A DNA stretch of 64,000 nt, from assembly GCA_041389765.1 (NCBI GenBank), contig JAWKRE010000002.1, positions 75,908 to 139,907 of the forward strand, given 5' to 3'. The position numbers and the translations under genes were made by a program. A model generated the notes under the pieces. That model saw only the letters and a program-made list of their open reading frames with translations. It ran no database searches and was not told the DNA's origin. Shown here piece after piece: positions 19,799 through 28,672 of this stretch (position 1 is the first letter of the stretch; each line of letters begins with the position of its first letter). Origin of the DNA: Polyangiaceae bacterium. GTDB lineage: Bacteria > Myxococcota_A > Polyangia > Polyangiales > Polyangiaceae.

Positions 19799-20347
19799 AT
19801 GACGTTCCGCTCGTTCGTTCGCCCTCTGTTCGTCGCTCTCACGCTCGCGTTCGCCACCACGGCCGCTGTCCCCGCCTTCGCGGACAACGCCGGTGACAAG
19901 GCGGCGGAGCACGGGAAAGGGAAGGAGAAGGGCAAAGACAAGGGGGAGAAAGGCAAGGACAAGGGCGAGAGGGGCAAGGCGCGCGGCCACAAGGGCAAGG
20001 CCAAGGGCAAGGACCGGATCATGGAGTCCTTCCCCCTGCCCGCAGACAAGTTCACCAAGGTGGTGGAGACGCGGCTGACCCACGCGAAGGAGCGGATCTC
20101 GACCCGGCTGTCGAAGAGCTCGCTCTCCGAGGCCGAGCAGGCGAAGATCCTCAAGGACTTCGACACCGGCGCAGAGGCCATCCGCACGGCCGCGAAGGCC
20201 GCGGGCAAGGACGGCACGGTGACCAAGGACGAGGCGAAGAGCGTCCGCGAGCTCGTGAAGAACCTGCGCAAGACCGTCAGCGCCAAGCTGCCGAAGAAGG
20301 CCGACAAGGCCGACAAAGCCGACAAGGCCGTCCCCAAGGACGTTTGA
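19799..20347 (+). CDS. Secreted lysine-rich protein with KGK repeats
   Basis: Signal peptide MTFRSFVRPLFVALTLAFATTAAVPAFA, then KGKEKGKDKGEKGKDKGERGK repeats and a helical K/E-rich tail. Confidence 0.5.
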   Translation: MTFRSFVRPLFVALTLAFATTAAVPAFADNAGDKAAEHGKGKEKGKDKGEKGKDKGERGKARGHKGKAKGKDRIMESFPLPADKFTKVVETRLTHAKERISTRLSKSSLSEAEQAKILKDFDTGAEAIRTAAKAAGKDGTVTKDEAKSVRELVKNLRKTVSAKLPKKADKADKADKAVPKDV

Positions 20348-20481
20348 GCCCGCCCACGAGACTGCCAGTCTGACCGATTCGAGACTGGCAGTCTTCCCGC
20401 CGCCTGCGCCCCTCTCCCGCCCACGAGACTGCCAGTCTGACCGCGCCCGACTGGCGGGCTGTCAGACTGGCAGTCGACCCC
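20347..20481. terminator. Array of four 13-bp perfect palindromes (AGACTGSCAGTCT) forming two long hairpins between convergent genes
   Basis: CCCGCCCACGAGACTGCCAGTCTGACCG occurs twice as a direct repeat, each followed by its inverted partner. Likely a bidirectional terminator, a REP-like element or an operator array. Confidence 0.5.
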
Positions 20482-21316
20482 CCACAAGCCTCGCCGACTC
20501 TCGCTCTCTCTCGCCGGCACGGCGCGCGGGGAGGGCTCGACGAACGGCGGCCCTCGCCAGCAGAAAAGCCACCGTGCCGACGTGCCAGACACGCACTCCG
20601 CTCGCCTCGCCGCGGTAGACGGGGCGCACGGGGACCTCGCCGATCGAGAGGCCGGCGCGCGCGATGGCGCCGAGGAGATCGTTCGGGTAGCCGTAGCGGG
20701 GCCACATCGCGGAGAGATCGAGGGCTTCGAGGGCGGAGGTGGAGATGGCGGTGAAGCCGCACTGGCTGTCGGTGAGGCCGGGGCGGCCGATGGCGACGCC
20801 GGTGAGCCAGCCGAGGACGTGGCCGGCGGCGAGTCGGCCGAGAGGCATGGTGTGGAGGACCGCGGGGTGGCCGAGGCGGTTGCCCTTCACGTAGTCGTGC
20901 TGCCTCCGCACCACGGGGAGGGCGACGGCGAGGAGATCGTCGGGGTGCATCTGGCCGTCGCCCGCCATCACGGCGACGACGTGGGCGCCGAGGGCGCGGG
21001 CCTCGCGGTAGCCGGTGGCGATCGCGGCGCCGACACCGCGGTTCTCGGGGTGCCGGACGACGGTGACGCGCGGGTCGCCGAGAGAGCTCGCGACACCGGC
21101 GGTGTCGTCGGCGGAGGCGTCGTCGATGATGAGAATGTCGTCGACGTAGGCGGGCATCGTCGAGACTGTCTCGCCGATCCACCTCGCTTCGTTGTAGGAG
21201 GGGACGACGACCGCGATCCTGGAACCTTCGAGCACGCCGGCTCCGTAGCATCTTTCGCGGCCCCGGTGCGACCCGTGTTGGCGAAGGATCTCCGGTCGGG
21301 TCAGACCGCGCTCTGC
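20462..21316 (-). CDS. Family 2 glycosyltransferase (dolichyl-phosphate mannosyltransferase-like)
   Basis: RIAVVVPSYNEARWI...IIDDASADDT...DGQ. Start codon uncertain (ATG ~21316 or an internal GTG). Confidence 0.75.
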   Translation of the reverse strand, partial: AERGLTRPEILRQHGSHRGRERCYGAGVLEGSRIAVVVPSYNEARWIGETVSTMPAYVDDILIIDDASADDTAGVASSLGDPRVTVVRHPENRGVGAAIATGYREARALGAHVVAVMAGDGQMHPDDLLAVALPVVRRQHDYVKGNRLGHPAVLHTMPLGRLAAGHVLGWLTGVAIGRPGLTDSQCGFTAISTSALEALDLSAMWPRYGYPNDLLGAIARAGLSIGEVPVRPVYRGEASGVRVWHVGTVAFLLARAAVRRALPARRAGERERESARLVGGRLPV

Positions 21317-21317
21317 C

Positions 21318-21980
21318 ATGACGACCCCCGGAACCCCGCCCGAAACGAACGAAACCGGCCCCGAGACGCCGGAGATCGAGCGCCCGCGCGGCGGGATGCG
21401 GCGGCGGGCGGCGATCGTCGGGGCGCTCGGCGCCGCGGCGGCGGGCGTGCTCGCGTGGTTCGCGTTCTTCAAGTTTCCTCCCGACACGACGCCCGAGGGG
21501 GCGTACATGCGCATCGCCGCGTACCTCGGGGACGGGGACAGCCGAGGGTGCTTCTCGTACCTGGAGGACGCCGCGCAGCACGCCGCGTACACGATCCGCG
21601 ACTACCGCAAGAAGGCGAGCGATCGCATCGCCGCCGCGTATCCGGAGCCGGAGCGGGACAAGCTGCTCGAACAGTATCGCCCCTTCGCCACGGCGCCGGA
21701 CGGCGCGGATGTGTGGGTGCTCCTCGCGTCACAGCGCGGGTGGATCGGGCGCCTTCGACGCGATCTCACGGGGGTCGCCAAGGTCGAGGTGAACGGCGAT
21801 CGCGCGACCGTCGAGACCACGGGGGGGACGCGCTACCCCTTCCGGCGCCGCGCGAACGCGATCTGGGGGCTCGCGATGTTCACCGCCGAGCTCGTCGCGG
21901 AGGCCGAGCGGGCGGCGCGCGACTTCGATGTCGTGGACAAGGCCGCTGCGGACTACGAGCGTGCCAGAGGAGGCCGCTGA
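21318..21980 (+). CDS. Hypothetical membrane-anchored protein
   Basis: N-terminal TM (AAIVGALGAAAAGVLAWFAFF) then a soluble domain. Divergent from the GT2 gene. No known family. Confidence 0.45.
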   Translation: MTTPGTPPETNETGPETPEIERPRGGMRRRAAIVGALGAAAAGVLAWFAFFKFPPDTTPEGAYMRIAAYLGDGDSRGCFSYLEDAAQHAAYTIRDYRKKASDRIAAAYPEPERDKLLEQYRPFATAPDGADVWVLLASQRGWIGRLRRDLTGVAKVEVNGDRATVETTGGTRYPFRRRANAIWGLAMFTAELVAEAERAARDFDVVDKAAADYERARGGR

Positions 21981-21996
21981 GGTGATCGGGAGAGAG

Positions 21997-24051
21997 ATGC
22001 GCGCTGTTCTTCGGAGAGGCCTCGTCCCTGCGCTCGCGCTCGCGATGCAGGCGTGCACGCCGGCCCCGCCCTCCAAGCTGCCGGAGACGCCGGCGGCCGC
22101 TGCAAAGCCCGCCCCGCCACACCCCTTGGATCCGCTGTCGCAGGCCGAGCTGGCGAATGCGGTGCGCTTGCTGCGCGAGGCAGGCAAGCTCTCTTCGGGG
22201 ACGCGGTTCGCGCTGCTCGCGCTGAACGAGCCGCCGAAGGACGAGGTGCTCGCGTGGAAGGCGGGGGCGCCGTTCCGGCGGGAGGCGTTCGCCATCGCGC
22301 TCGATCGGGCGAAGAACCAGGCGTTCGAGGCGGTGGTCGATCTCGCGGGGGGGAAGGTCGTCTCGACCACGGAGATCGTGGGGGCGCAGCCGCCGATCCT
22401 CGTCGAGGAGTTCACGCGGGGGCAGGAGATCGTGCGGGCGGACGCGCGCTGGCAAGAGGCGATGAAGAAGCGCGGGATCACCCGCTTCGAGGACGTGCAG
22501 CTCGACGTGTGGGCGCCGGGGCACGTGGGGCTCGGAGGGGCGCTGTCGTTGCCGCCGGGCGGGCCGAGGCTCCTCCGCGTGCTGTCGCACCTGCGCGGGA
22601 CTGCCATCAATCCGTATTCAAGGCCCATCGAGGGGGTGATCGCGGTCGTGGACGCGGGGACGGAGCGGGTCATCGAGCTCATCGACACGGGGGTGGTGCC
22701 GATCCCGGGGCCCGAGGGGGACTTCTTCGATCCGAAGCGGGTGGGCAAGCTGCGGCCTGCGCCGAAGAGGCTCGTCACCTCGCAGCCGGACGGGTCGGGG
22801 ATCGAGGTGACGGGCAATCTGGTGCGCTGGCAAGGGTGGGAGATGCGCGTGTCGATGCACCCGCGCGAGGGGCTGGTGCTGCACCAGGTGGCCATTCGAG
22901 ACGGGGACAGGATGCGGCCTGTGGCGTACCGGCTGTCCCTCTCCGAGATGGTGGTTCCCTACGGGGATCCGGCGGCGACGTGGGCGTTTCGCAACGCGTT
23001 CGATGAAGGGGAGTACGGGCTCGGGCGGCTCGCAAACACGCTGTCGGTGGGGCGGGAGGTGCCGTCCAACGCGCTCGTTCGAGATGCGGTGTTCGCGGAC
23101 GACGCGGGGGAGGCGTACGTGCAGCCGGGGGTGCTCTCGCTCTACGAGAAGGACGCGGGCGTGTTGTGGACGCACACGGACTTCGACGCGCAGCGCACGG
23201 AGACGCGGCGGGCGCGCGAGCTGCACGTGGGGTTCCTCACGACGATTGGCAATTACGACTACGCGATTCACTGGATCTTCTCGCAGGACGCGTCGATCCG
23301 CGTGGAGGTGGCGCTCACGGGGGCGGTGCTCGCGAAGGGGGTGAGCGCCGAGGTGTGCGCGGCGTGCAGCAGGCCAGGGGGGCCGGGCTCGAAGCCCGCG
23401 GACGACGCGCCGGATCGGTTCGGCGCGGTGGTGGCGCCGGGGGTGGTGGCGCCCAATCACCAGCATTTCTTCAACTTCCGGCTCGATCTCGACGTGGACG
23501 GGGCGGACAACAGCGTGGTCGAGCAGACGTGGCGGAGCCTGCCCGCGGGGCCGGACAACCCGTTCGGGAACGCGTTCGCGATCGACGAGGCGCTCCTCGC
23601 GACAGAGCTGGACGCGCGCCGCGATCACGACGCCGCGCGCAGCCGCATGTGGGAGGTGCTCAATCCGGCGACGCGCACGGCGCTGGGGCACTATCCGGGG
23701 TACGTGCTCGAACCGGGGGCCACGCCGCTGCCGCTCGTGTCCGAGACTTCGCTGCTCCGCGAGCGGGCGCCGTTCATCCGTCATCCGGTGTGGGTCACGC
23801 GGCGGCGCGACTCCGAGCGACACGCGGCCGGGCCGTATCCCAACCAGTCGCGCGGGGGCGGCGGGGTGTGGGCGTGGACAGCGGACGGCGAGGCCATCGC
23901 GCGGACCGACGTGGTGCTCTGGTACACCTTCGGCGTCACGCACATGCCGCGTCCCGAGGAGTTCCCGGTGATGAGCGTCACGACCGCCGGCTTTCGCCTT
24001 GTCCCCAAGGGCTTCTTCACGCGGAATCCGTCGCTCGATCTGCCGCCGTGA
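21997..24051 (+). CDS. Copper amine oxidase (topaquinone enzyme), lipoprotein
   Basis: TPQ consensus NYDY (TTIGNYDYAIHWIF), conserved His ligands, lipobox LAMQAC. ~685 aa. Confidence 0.85.
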   Translation: MRAVLRRGLVPALALAMQACTPAPPSKLPETPAAAAKPAPPHPLDPLSQAELANAVRLLREAGKLSSGTRFALLALNEPPKDEVLAWKAGAPFRREAFAIALDRAKNQAFEAVVDLAGGKVVSTTEIVGAQPPILVEEFTRGQEIVRADARWQEAMKKRGITRFEDVQLDVWAPGHVGLGGALSLPPGGPRLLRVLSHLRGTAINPYSRPIEGVIAVVDAGTERVIELIDTGVVPIPGPEGDFFDPKRVGKLRPAPKRLVTSQPDGSGIEVTGNLVRWQGWEMRVSMHPREGLVLHQVAIRDGDRMRPVAYRLSLSEMVVPYGDPAATWAFRNAFDEGEYGLGRLANTLSVGREVPSNALVRDAVFADDAGEAYVQPGVLSLYEKDAGVLWTHTDFDAQRTETRRARELHVGFLTTIGNYDYAIHWIFSQDASIRVEVALTGAVLAKGVSAEVCAACSRPGGPGSKPADDAPDRFGAVVAPGVVAPNHQHFFNFRLDLDVDGADNSVVEQTWRSLPAGPDNPFGNAFAIDEALLATELDARRDHDAARSRMWEVLNPATRTALGHYPGYVLEPGATPLPLVSETSLLRERAPFIRHPVWVTRRRDSERHAAGPYPNQSRGGGGVWAWTADGEAIARTDVVLWYTFGVTHMPRPEEFPVMSVTTAGFRLVPKGFFTRNPSLDLPP

Positions 24052-24122
24052 AATGCGCCCGCGTTTTTCGCCGCGGCGCGGGGAGGCGTCGTGATATCTG
24101 AGAGAGCGCAGGAGCGGGATCG

Positions 24123-24527
24123 ATGGCGGAGACGATGAGCCCCCAGGAAGAAGCGCGTCAGGCGGCGATCCGAGCGGCTCTCGCCGAGCTCCAGGCCGAA
24201 TATGCGGAGGGGCTGCCGGCCCTCGTGGCGGACCTCTCCGCCGCTGTCGACGCCGCGTGCGGGTCGTGCGCGCAGCCCGAGGTTCGGCACCTGCTCACGC
24301 TCGTGCACCGCATGCACGGCGCCGCGGGCTCGTACGGGTTCAAGGGGGTGAGCGCCGCCGCCGGTGAGCTGGAGGTCTTCATGACCGCTCACGAGCAGAG
24401 CAAGAAGCCCTTCGACGAAGCCGCCGTCGCCCAGGTGCGCACGTCGCTCGCGAAGGTGAAGGAGGTCGCGGAGCGGGAGCTCGCGGAGCTCGCGCCGTCC
24501 ACCTCCGCCGGCGACGAAGCCGTCTAG
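24123..24527 (+). CDS. Hpt (histidine phosphotransfer) domain protein
   Basis: LVHRMHGAAGSYGF matches the Hpt HxxKGxxxxxG motif in a 134-aa helical protein. Confidence 0.55.
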   Translation: MAETMSPQEEARQAAIRAALAELQAEYAEGLPALVADLSAAVDAACGSCAQPEVRHLLTLVHRMHGAAGSYGFKGVSAAAGELEVFMTAHEQSKKPFDEAAVAQVRTSLAKVKEVAERELAELAPSTSAGDEAV

Positions 24528-24578
24528 CCCCACCGGGCGTTGCGGGCGGCGCGCAGGCAGAATAGGACTCACGAGCGA

Positions 24579-25619
24579 ATGTCTGCGCGCGCACATCGAC
24601 CAGGGAGGCACAGCACACCTCTCCTGGGGGCTGCGCTGCTCGCGGGGACTGCGCTGCTCGCGGCTCTCGTGTGCGGGTGTGACGGCGCTCCGCCGGCCTC
24701 GGGCGCGCAGCCAACCACGTCGGCCGCGACGGCCTCTGCGCCCTCTGCGAGCGCCCCTGTGACGGTCCCGGAGGACGCGGGCAGCGACGCGGCGGAGGAC
24801 GCCGATGCAGACGCGGGGGACGCGGGGGACGCCGGCGCGGGGGATGCGGGCGCGGACGGGTGGGTCGAGCCCACGTGCCCGGACGACATGATCCGCCCGG
24901 GCCGGTTCTTCTGCACGGATCGCTACGAGGGGCACCTGGTCACGGTCGGGCCGGACGGGACGATCACGCCGCACGCGTATTTCGAGGTGCCGGAGTCGGG
25001 GGTGACGTACTGGGCGCGCAGCGAGAAAGACGTGTTTCCGCAGGCGTACATCAGCCGGACTTCGGCGCAGGCGGCGTGCAAGGCGGTGGGGAAGAGGCTC
25101 TGTTCGCGCGAGGAGTGGATGCGCGCGTGCCGCGGGCCGAAGGGGTGGACATTCCCGTACGGGAACCGCCGCAAGCAGGGGGCGTGCAACTCGTCGAAGC
25201 TTCACCTGCTCCAGGAGATGTTCGGGCCGGATCCGCGGAAATGGGGGTACGACGAGGCGTTCAACAACCCGAAGCTGGCGAAGGAGCCGGGCTATCTGGC
25301 GCACACTGGCTTCTTCCCCGAGTGCATGAGCGCGGACGGCGCGTTCGACATGGTGGGGAACCTGCACGAGTGGGTGAGCGACACCGTCGGCGAGGACATC
25401 CAGGAGGTGCTCGCGAAGGACAAGGTGGAGCGAAACACGCAGCCCTGGCGCACGGGGAATGGCATGTTCATGGGCGGCTTCTTCAGCACGACAGACCAGC
25501 ACGGCCCCGGCTGCAAGTTCACCACGATCGCCCACGAGCCGCGGTATCACGACTATTCCACGGGCTTCCGCTGCTGCAAGAGCCTGCCCCGCCCCCCCAA
25601 GAAAAAGAAGAAAAAATGA
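24579..25619 (+). CDS. FGE-sulfatase/SUMF1-like domain lipoprotein
   Basis: Lipobox LVCGC. GNLHEWVSD, GFRCC and RLCSREEWMRAC motifs are typical of formylglycine-generating-enzyme-fold proteins. Poly-K tail. Confidence 0.7.
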   Translation: MSARAHRPGRHSTPLLGAALLAGTALLAALVCGCDGAPPASGAQPTTSAATASAPSASAPVTVPEDAGSDAAEDADADAGDAGDAGAGDAGADGWVEPTCPDDMIRPGRFFCTDRYEGHLVTVGPDGTITPHAYFEVPESGVTYWARSEKDVFPQAYISRTSAQAACKAVGKRLCSREEWMRACRGPKGWTFPYGNRRKQGACNSSKLHLLQEMFGPDPRKWGYDEAFNNPKLAKEPGYLAHTGFFPECMSADGAFDMVGNLHEWVSDTVGEDIQEVLAKDKVERNTQPWRTGNGMFMGGFFSTTDQHGPGCKFTTIAHEPRYHDYSTGFRCCKSLPRPPKKKKKK

Positions 25620-25753
25620 GCGGGCAGAGGGGGCCAGCCGTGCGGGAGGTGCCGAGTCGAGGCGGGCGGAGGAGGTCAGTCGAGCGGGCGGAGGAGGTCA
25701 GTCGAGCGGGCGGAGGAGGTCAGTCGAGCGGGCTGTATTCAATGGGCTTGATG

Positions 25754-26149
25754 CTACGACTTGGCGTCTTCCGGAGGCTTGGGGCCGAACAGGCTGGCGA
25801 TGACGATCCCCACCGGGAGGGCCATGTAGCCGATGACCAGCGCGAGGCCCGACACCACGCCGCTCTTGAGGATGAGCCACACGCCGCCGAGCAGGAACAC
25901 GAGCTTGAGGACGGCGATGATCGCCCAAGGAGCGGTGTTGCCGCTCTTCGTGAGGAACGCCTGCACGATGCGCGCGAGCACGATGAGGTTCGCCACCGCG
26001 ATGGCGCCGCCCGCGAGCACGCCCAGGCCGAAGCGCACGCCCTCGAACCCCATCGCGCCGAGCGAGAGGACGACGCCGGTGACCGCCACGTAGATGACCG
26101 CCGCGCGGAGCGTGCCGTCCTGTCCCTCGTCGTCCTTCTTGTCAGCCAT
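25754..26149 (-). CDS. AtpI-like small membrane protein
   Basis: 131 aa, 4 TM, follows an AtpZ-like gene with a 4-nt overlap. Confidence 0.5.
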   Translation of the reverse strand: MADKKDDEGQDGTLRAAVIYVAVTGVVLSLGAMGFEGVRFGLGVLAGGAIAVANLIVLARIVQAFLTKSGNTAPWAIIAVLKLVFLLGGVWLILKSGVVSGLALVIGYMALPVGIVIASLFGPKPPEDAKS

Positions 26150-26597
26150 CGTGCTTCTCCGGCGAGCTGTCGCTCTCGTCCTCGCTGTCCTTCCCCGGCG
26201 CGCCTTCGACGGGCACGCGGTCCGGCGCCTCTTCAGCGGCGCTGTCTTCTTCGCCCTCGGGGCGCTCGGACGCCTCGGAGTCTAGCCGGCGCTTTCGCTC
26301 GCGCTCCTCCTCGCGCTTCCAGGCGAGCGATTTCTCGTCGGGGAAGGCGGGGGTGGGGTTGCCCTGCTCGGCCTCCTCGCGCTTCGCGGCGGCCTGCATG
26401 TCCTTCCACGTGCGGTGGACGGCGCGGCCGGCGGCCACGCAGCCGAAGCCGAACCAGAGGACCGCCATCCAGGGGGAGGTGCCGAGCCAGTCGTCGAGCT
26501 TCGACCCGATCCACAGGCCGAGCAGGATCGACAGCACGATCTCCATGCCGACGGTGCCGAAACGGCCGGCCTGGGACAGGTCCTTTGCGTTCTTCAT
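26142..26597 (-). CDS. AtpZ/ATPase_gene1-like small membrane protein with acidic tail
   Basis: FGTVGMEIVLSILLGLWIGSKLD matches the AtpZ family motif. C-terminus is E/D-rich. Confidence 0.5.
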   Translation of the reverse strand: MKNAKDLSQAGRFGTVGMEIVLSILLGLWIGSKLDDWLGTSPWMAVLWFGFGCVAAGRAVHRTWKDMQAAAKREEAEQGNPTPAFPDEKSLAWKREEERERKRRLDSEASERPEGEEDSAAEEAPDRVPVEGAPGKDSEDESDSSPEKHDG

Positions 26598-27307
26598 GCG
26601 CCGGGAACAGGGCTGTTCGCGCCCTTCTTCTCGGGGTCAGACTGGCCGGCGGAGGGCGCGGAGGCCAGCAGATCGGCGGCGGCGCGCGCGCGCTCCTGGG
26701 CGAGCGCGATCAGGAAAGGGCGCATGATCTGGGCGGCGCGGGCGCGGTGGCTGATCTCGTTCTTCCGCTCCTCGGACAGCTCCGCCATCGTCTTTTCCTC
26801 GCCTTGCACGGCGAAGAGCGGGTCGTACCCGAACCCGCCGGCTCCCTGCGGCTCGCGCGCGATCGAGCCCTCGCAGCGGCCCTCGGCGACGAAGGGCTCG
26901 GCGGTGCTCCACGGATCGACGAGCACCATCACGCAGCGGAAGCGGGCGGTGCGCTGATCGTCGTCGACCTCTTCGAGCTGGGAGAGGAGGAGCGCGTTGT
27001 TCTCGGCGTCGGTGGCGCCCTCGTGCGCGAAGCGGGCAGAGCGGACTCCGGGCCTCCCGCCGAGGGCGTCGACCTCGAGGCCCGAGTCCTCGGCGAGGGT
27101 GAGCATGCCAGTCGCGCGGGCGCCGGCGTGGGCCTTGAGGAGCGCGTTGTCGAGGAAGGTGGCGCCGTCCTCGACGACAGGCGTGTGCGGGCCGGGGAGG
27201 CTGCCGAGCGGCACGAGGCGCACGCCCGCGTCCGCGAAGAGGGCCGTCAGCTCGGCGACCTTGCCCCGGTTCGTGGTGGCGAGGAGGAGAGTGACGGGGG
27301 CTGTCAA
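26594..27307 (-). CDS. rdgB: dITP/XTP pyrophosphatase (Ham1/RdgB)
   Basis: TTNRGKVAE...FGYDPLF motifs. Overlaps rph by 4 nt in the classic rph-rdgB arrangement. Confidence 0.85.
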   Translation of the reverse strand: MTAPVTLLLATTNRGKVAELTALFADAGVRLVPLGSLPGPHTPVVEDGATFLDNALLKAHAGARATGMLTLAEDSGLEVDALGGRPGVRSARFAHEGATDAENNALLLSQLEEVDDDQRTARFRCVMVLVDPWSTAEPFVAEGRCEGSIAREPQGAGGFGYDPLFAVQGEEKTMAELSEERKNEISHRARAAQIMRPFLIALAQERARAAADLLASAPSAGQSDPEKKGANSPVPGA

Positions 27308-28068
27308 GAGGCCTTCTTTCCCACGGTGAGCGCGGACAGCTCCACGCCCTCTCCCGAGAGCACCGAGCGCTGCATCTGCGTCAGGGAGCGGATGCCGGCG
27401 AGCGACAGGTCGATGAGGCTGTCGAGCTCGGCGCGCGACATGGGCTGTCCCTCGGCGGTGCCCTGCACCTCGATGACGGCGCCGGACGCGGTCGCGACGA
27501 CGTTCAGGTCCACGTCGGCGTCGCGATCCTCCTCGTACACGAGGTCGAGGAAGAGGTCGGAGCCGAGCTTGCCTGCGGAGATCGCCGCCACCGGCTCGCG
27601 GAGGAAGCGCTGGACGTCGCCGCGCTTCGCGAGCCTCGCGGCGGCGAGCGCGACGGCGAGGAAGCCGCCCGTGATCGACGCGGTGCGGGTGCCGCCGTCG
27701 GCTTCGAGCACATCGCAGTCGATGGTGAGGGTGCGCTCTCCGAGGGCGTTCAGATCGACGGCGGCACGGAGGGCGCGGCCGATGAGGCGCTGGATCTCCT
27801 GCGTGCGCCCGCTCGGGGCCTTGCCGCGGCCGTCGCGCGACTCGCGGCGATCGCGGCTCGCGCGCGGGTGCATCTGGTATTCGGCGGTGAGCCAGCCGCG
27901 GCCCTGTCCGACCATCCAGCCGGGGACGCCGTTGTCGACAGAGGCGGTGCAGAGCACCACCGTGTTGCCCGCCCGATACAGCACCGATCCCTCGGCGTTC
28001 CTCTGGAATCCGGGGTCGACCTCGATGCGGCGGTGGTCCTCGGGGCTCCTTCCGTCCTTGCGTGCCAT
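27304..28068 (-). CDS. rph: Ribonuclease PH
   Basis: RSPEDHRRIEVDPGF...GSVLYRAGNTVVLCTAS...TIDCDVLEADGGTRTASITGGFLAVALA. Start placed at MARKDG. The upstream extension in the track is non-coding. Confidence 0.85.
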   Translation of the reverse strand: MARKDGRSPEDHRRIEVDPGFQRNAEGSVLYRAGNTVVLCTASVDNGVPGWMVGQGRGWLTAEYQMHPRASRDRRESRDGRGKAPSGRTQEIQRLIGRALRAAVDLNALGERTLTIDCDVLEADGGTRTASITGGFLAVALAAARLAKRGDVQRFLREPVAAISAGKLGSDLFLDLVYEEDRDADVDLNVVATASGAVIEVQGTAEGQPMSRAELDSLIDLSLAGIRSLTQMQRSVLSGEGVELSALTVGKKAS

Positions 28069-28181
28069 GGCGCCCCGCTTACCTCCGTTTCGGCCTCGCC
28101 GCCGAAAAAAAGTGGGGCCCCATGCCGGCGCCTTGACCGGACGCCGTTTGCTCGCTCTCATTCCCTCGCAAGGAGGCGACC

Positions 28182-28288
28182 ATGGCCAAAGGTCAAGAGA
28201 AGCCCGCAAAGTCCAACAAGCCCAAGCTCAGCACCAAGGAAAAGCAGGCGAAGAAGAAGGAGAAGAAGGCAACGAAAGAAGGCAAGTA
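28182..28288 (+). CDS. 35-aa lysine-rich small basic protein
   Basis: Perfect AGGAGG SD 6 nt upstream of the ATG. MAKGQEKPAKSNKPKLSTKEKQAKKKEKKATKEGK. Codon usage is locally atypical (AAG-rich). Confidence 0.45.
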
Positions 28289-28435
28289 GCGCGTTCTTTC
28301 GCCCGGGGGGGCCTTTTCTCTTGCTCGCTTCGTGAGGGGTGGAGATCGCTCGATCGGGGGATTCGGGGAGAGCAGCGAGTCGCTCTGGGAGAGCAGCGAG
28401 TCGGGTGAAGCACGGGGCGGCGCATCCGGCATCGT

Positions 28436-28672
28436 CTGGATCCATCCACCACGCTCTGCAAAGGACCGTTCCGGTCTTGGAAGAGCGGCTCCGGTGGCGC
28501 GGCCCGCCGCCTGTCGGAAAAGCGAAGAGCGTGGCGCATCCGCCTTGGATCCAACGTGTTCTGTGGCGCTTTTTCGGCCAGACGAAAATGAGAGCTCGGC
28601 GAGCCCGTCGCGGCGCCCGCCGTGCGGGGAAGCGCCGCCAGGCGCCCGCCGAGCACACGCCTGCACAGTCTG
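28436..28672 (+). repeat. Copy 2 of ~220-nt dispersed intergenic repeat; abuts stop codon of STPK-WD40 gene
   Basis: See copy 1. Collinear alignment from CTGGATCC...CTTGGAAG through GACGAAAATGAGAGCTCGGCGAGCCCGTCGCGGCGCCCGCCGTGCGGGGAAGCGCCGCC to CCTGCAC. Confidence 0.7.
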
